Of a DNA stretch of 64,000 nt, positions 61,904 through 64,000 are shown piece by piece; position 1 is the first letter of the stretch; each line of letters starts with the position of its first letter. This DNA comes from Candidatus Latescibacterota bacterium. Its GTDB lineage: Bacteria > Latescibacterota > UBA2968 > GCA-2709665. The notes under the pieces are model-generated. The model saw only the letters and a list, made by a program, of their open reading frames with translations, was not told the DNA's origin and did no database searches. A program made the position numbers and the translations under genes. The stretch lies in the NCBI GenBank assembly GCA_965222075.1, contig OZ244937.1, forward strand, positions 1,536,001-1,600,000, given 5' to 3'.

Positions 61904-64000
61904 TCACAGCTTCAACGCTTTGGTTTCGCTTCCGGAGTTGGGAATCGAAATCCGGTCGCCCGGTTTGAAATCCAGAATCTCGAACCGCCTGCCTGCCTGC
62001 TTGCGCCTGTCTGCGTGCGACGCACAGGCAGGCGCTGCGCGCAGGCAAGCCTGCAGCCCCTCCACCGATTCCAGCCGGATCTTCTTAAACGCCAGCAAAT
62101 CGACGATGCGGGACTGAAACGACCCGTCCTCCGTGCGCAGCACCTTCCCCTGGTATTCGCCCTTGTCTCCGCTGTTGTTGAAGCCCCATGCAAACGCAAG
62201 CGGCACGTCGCAGACCAGGACATCCGGGGCCTCAACCGCTTTGACCGTCCCCCTCACCAGCCGGGGATCGCCGTGCTGCAGGACGAGCCGGGCGTTCTGC
62301 CCACCCACGGCGGAGACAACCCGGTAGCCCGAACCGTGAGAATAGGGCGCGTCCGCTTCGGCCGCGTCCACCCGGCACAGCCGCCCGTCCAGGCGCATCC
62401 CGTCGGGCAGATCCCGGTCAATCGCCACGGATTCCGCATCGGCATCCACACCCGCGATCCGGGCCTCAAAACGCGCCTCCGGGAGCGTCGTTTCCGCATC
62501 GCCAAACCGCAAGCGCGTCCCTTCTACCAGGCACAGCTCCACCCGGCCGTTCGCCTCCCGAACGACCCCGAACCGCCCCTCAAGCGCAATCGGAACGCCC
62601 GCTTCGTCCCGGACCTGGACCGATCCGTCACGCGAGAAAAGGACCGTATCGCGTCGGCCGTCGGCCAGGTGTACCCGCACGGCCACGCTCCCGCTGTCCA
62701 CGTCGCGCGCAAGCACGCTTGCCCCCACCACGTTGCGCGCGCCGGAAAACGCCTCCAGCACGCTAACGAACAGGCTCTTCAGATCCTCCCCCTCCCGGCG
62801 GAGTATCACGCGATGAATCTGCTGCGCGCCTCTCAGGTCGGGTCCTTTTGCCGCGATCAGGGTCGCCGCCGGGTCGGCCGGAAACCACACGCCGAAACGG
62901 GTATCCCGCGCATCCCCAAACGTCCAGAGCGCGTATGCGTCCCGATCCAGGCAGGCGGTTTTCACATCGTGGATAAACGCGTACCCGTTCCCGGGCGGTG
63001 AGAGCCATCCGTAGGGCAGCGGACTTCCATCCGGCGCGGCCACGCCCTGGATGCGATCGTTCGGACCGATCCGTTCCCCCCAACTCTTCCCGGGCGCATT
63101 CGCCTCTTCCGAGCCGTCCACCGTCCCCAGCGCAGCCAGCGTCCACACCCCGGGACGGGCGGCAGGAGACACGCCCTCCAGGGAAAACGCCCCCGAATCC
63201 CCCTCCACGAATTTGGGTCCGTTCATCGCATAGTCGTGCATACGCCCGCCGGCCACCGGGAAAATATCCACCGTATAGGACGTCTCCTCGTCCACATCGC
63301 AAAAAATCAGCGCCCGGCGGTACTCGGTCGCCCCCTGGTGGCTCCTGGACAGCGGCGCGGAATACTCCGCGATCTTCACACCCCCCAGATCCTCGAAAGC
63401 AACCAGGTTCGCGCTGGGCACGAACTCGTAGCCCTGAGACGTCGGGATATCCTCGTTTACCGTCACCATCGCGTGGGAGATCGCCCGCATGCCCCACCCC
63501 CGATGCACGTGCGAACCGGCCAGCGCGTAGCCCACGTCTTCGATCACGGTCCGGCCCTTATCGTAGAGAAACAGCGCCAGCTGATCGTCCTGTGCCAGCA
63601 GGTTCGCGCCCCCCCGCACAATCAACGCCCGCGCCCGGTCTCCCGTCCCGCTTCGTAGCACCACCACCCCCTTGTGCCCGGCGAACGAAGAAGTGGATGG
63701 AAACCCGCCTGCCTGCGCAGCGTACTGCGCTGCAGGCAGGCCCCCGGCTTCCCCGGTCGGCCCCGGAACGGTATTGAACAGCGCCCAGGTGCCACGCCGG
63801 ACGTTCTCCGCCTTGCCATCCGACAGATCCAGCATCAGCTGCTCCGCCCGCTGCCGGGTCTTTGCGTCCCCACTTCGGAAATAGAGCCGTTCCAACAGAG
63901 ACCAGTGGCTGGACATCACCTCCCGTTCGGACGGCGGCCAGTAGCCCGGCCGCGCGTTCGTATTTCCGTAAGACGGAATGCGCCCGCACGCCCGGATCAA
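61904..64000 (-). CDS. Heparinase II/III family protein (5' end outside the window) with two in-frame palindromic insertions
   Basis: GVVVLRSG, DQLALFLY, DVGY, SHAMVTVN, YRRAL, HDY motifs. Confidence 0.75.
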   Translation of the reverse strand: MIRACGRIPSYGNTNARPGYWPPSEREVMSSHWSLLERLYFRSGDAKTRQRAEQLMLDLSDGKAENVRRGTWALFNTVPGPTGEAGGLPAAQYAAQAGGFPSTSSFAGHKGVVVLRSGTGDRARALIVRGGANLLAQDDQLALFLYDKGRTVIEDVGYALAGSHVHRGWGMRAISHAMVTVNEDIPTSQGYEFVPSANLVAFEDLGGVKIAEYSAPLSRSHQGATEYRRALIFCDVDEETSYTVDIFPVAGGRMHDYAMNGPKFVEGDSGAFSLEGVSPAARPGVWTLAALGTVDGSEEANAPGKSWGERIGPNDRIQGVAAPDGSPLPYGWLSPPGNGYAFIHDVKTACLDRDAYALWTFGDARDTRFGVWFPADPAATLIAAKGPDLRGAQQIHRVILRREGEDLKSLFVSVLEAFSGARNVVGASVLARDVDSGSVAVRVHLADGRRDTVLFSRDGSVQVRDEAGVPIALEGRFGVVREANGRVELCLVEGTRLRFGDAETTLPEARFEARIAGVDADAESVAIDRDLPDGMRLDGRLCRVDAAEADAPYSHGSGYRVVSAVGGQNARLVLQHGDPRLVRGTVKAVEAPDVLVCDVPLAFAWGFNNSGDKGEYQGKVLRTEDGSFQSRIVDLLAFKKIRLESVEGLQACLRAAPACASHADRRKQAGRRFEILDFKPGDRISIPNSGSETKALKL
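61996..62049. repeat. Reverse-nested element: unit B (62006-62032) inside unit A, 54 bp, in frame
   Basis: cctgcttgcg[cctgtctgcgtgcgacgcacaggcagg]cgctgcgcgcaggcaag; removal leaves EGLQAGRRFEILD. Confidence 0.92.
63708..63740. repeat. Solo 33-bp palindromic element, in frame
   Basis: cctgcctgcgcagcgtactgcgctgcaggcagg encodes LPAAQYAAQAG. Confidence 0.85.

Noticed and set aside
5002-63740. CRISPR array interpretation of the 27-36 bp palindromes
   Set aside because: Copies are dispersed and nested, lie inside genes, have no regular spacers, and no cas genes are present.

Overview
GC-rich bacterial window, mostly an accessory carbohydrate-catabolism region. The gene set resembles Latescibacterota/PVC-type genomes (inference only). 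It holds at least seven heparinase II/III-like polysaccharide-lyase genes, five of them large paralogs with C-terminal beta-propellers, plus a DUF4838-like glycosidase, several Gfo/Idh/MocA oxidoreductases, an M28/FtsX-like membrane fusion with a DUF6785-like partner, lutABC, mgtE/mscS, an ECF sigma/anti-sigma pair, a GntR regulator with a clear operator, an S41 peptidase, a multiheme cytochrome and two low-GC ABC exporters. The most unusual signal is a family of tiny (27-36 bp) CCTG...CAGG palindromic elements at eight loci. They nest inside each other at a fixed target, and in all six coding insertions they preserve the reading frame (33, 54, 54, 60, 60, 63 bp), adding 11-21 aa to proteins. 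For one insertion the empty site is visible in an adjacent paralog. Also present are a PHP-ATPase (Ppl/TrlF-like) defence islet bounded by 16-bp direct repeats, a candidate toxin-antitoxin-chaperone triad (TIGR04255-like + antitoxin + ART/RES-like toxin), many duplication/deletion scars, and several frameshifts that may be sequencing errors. No rRNA, tRNA or CRISPR array was found.
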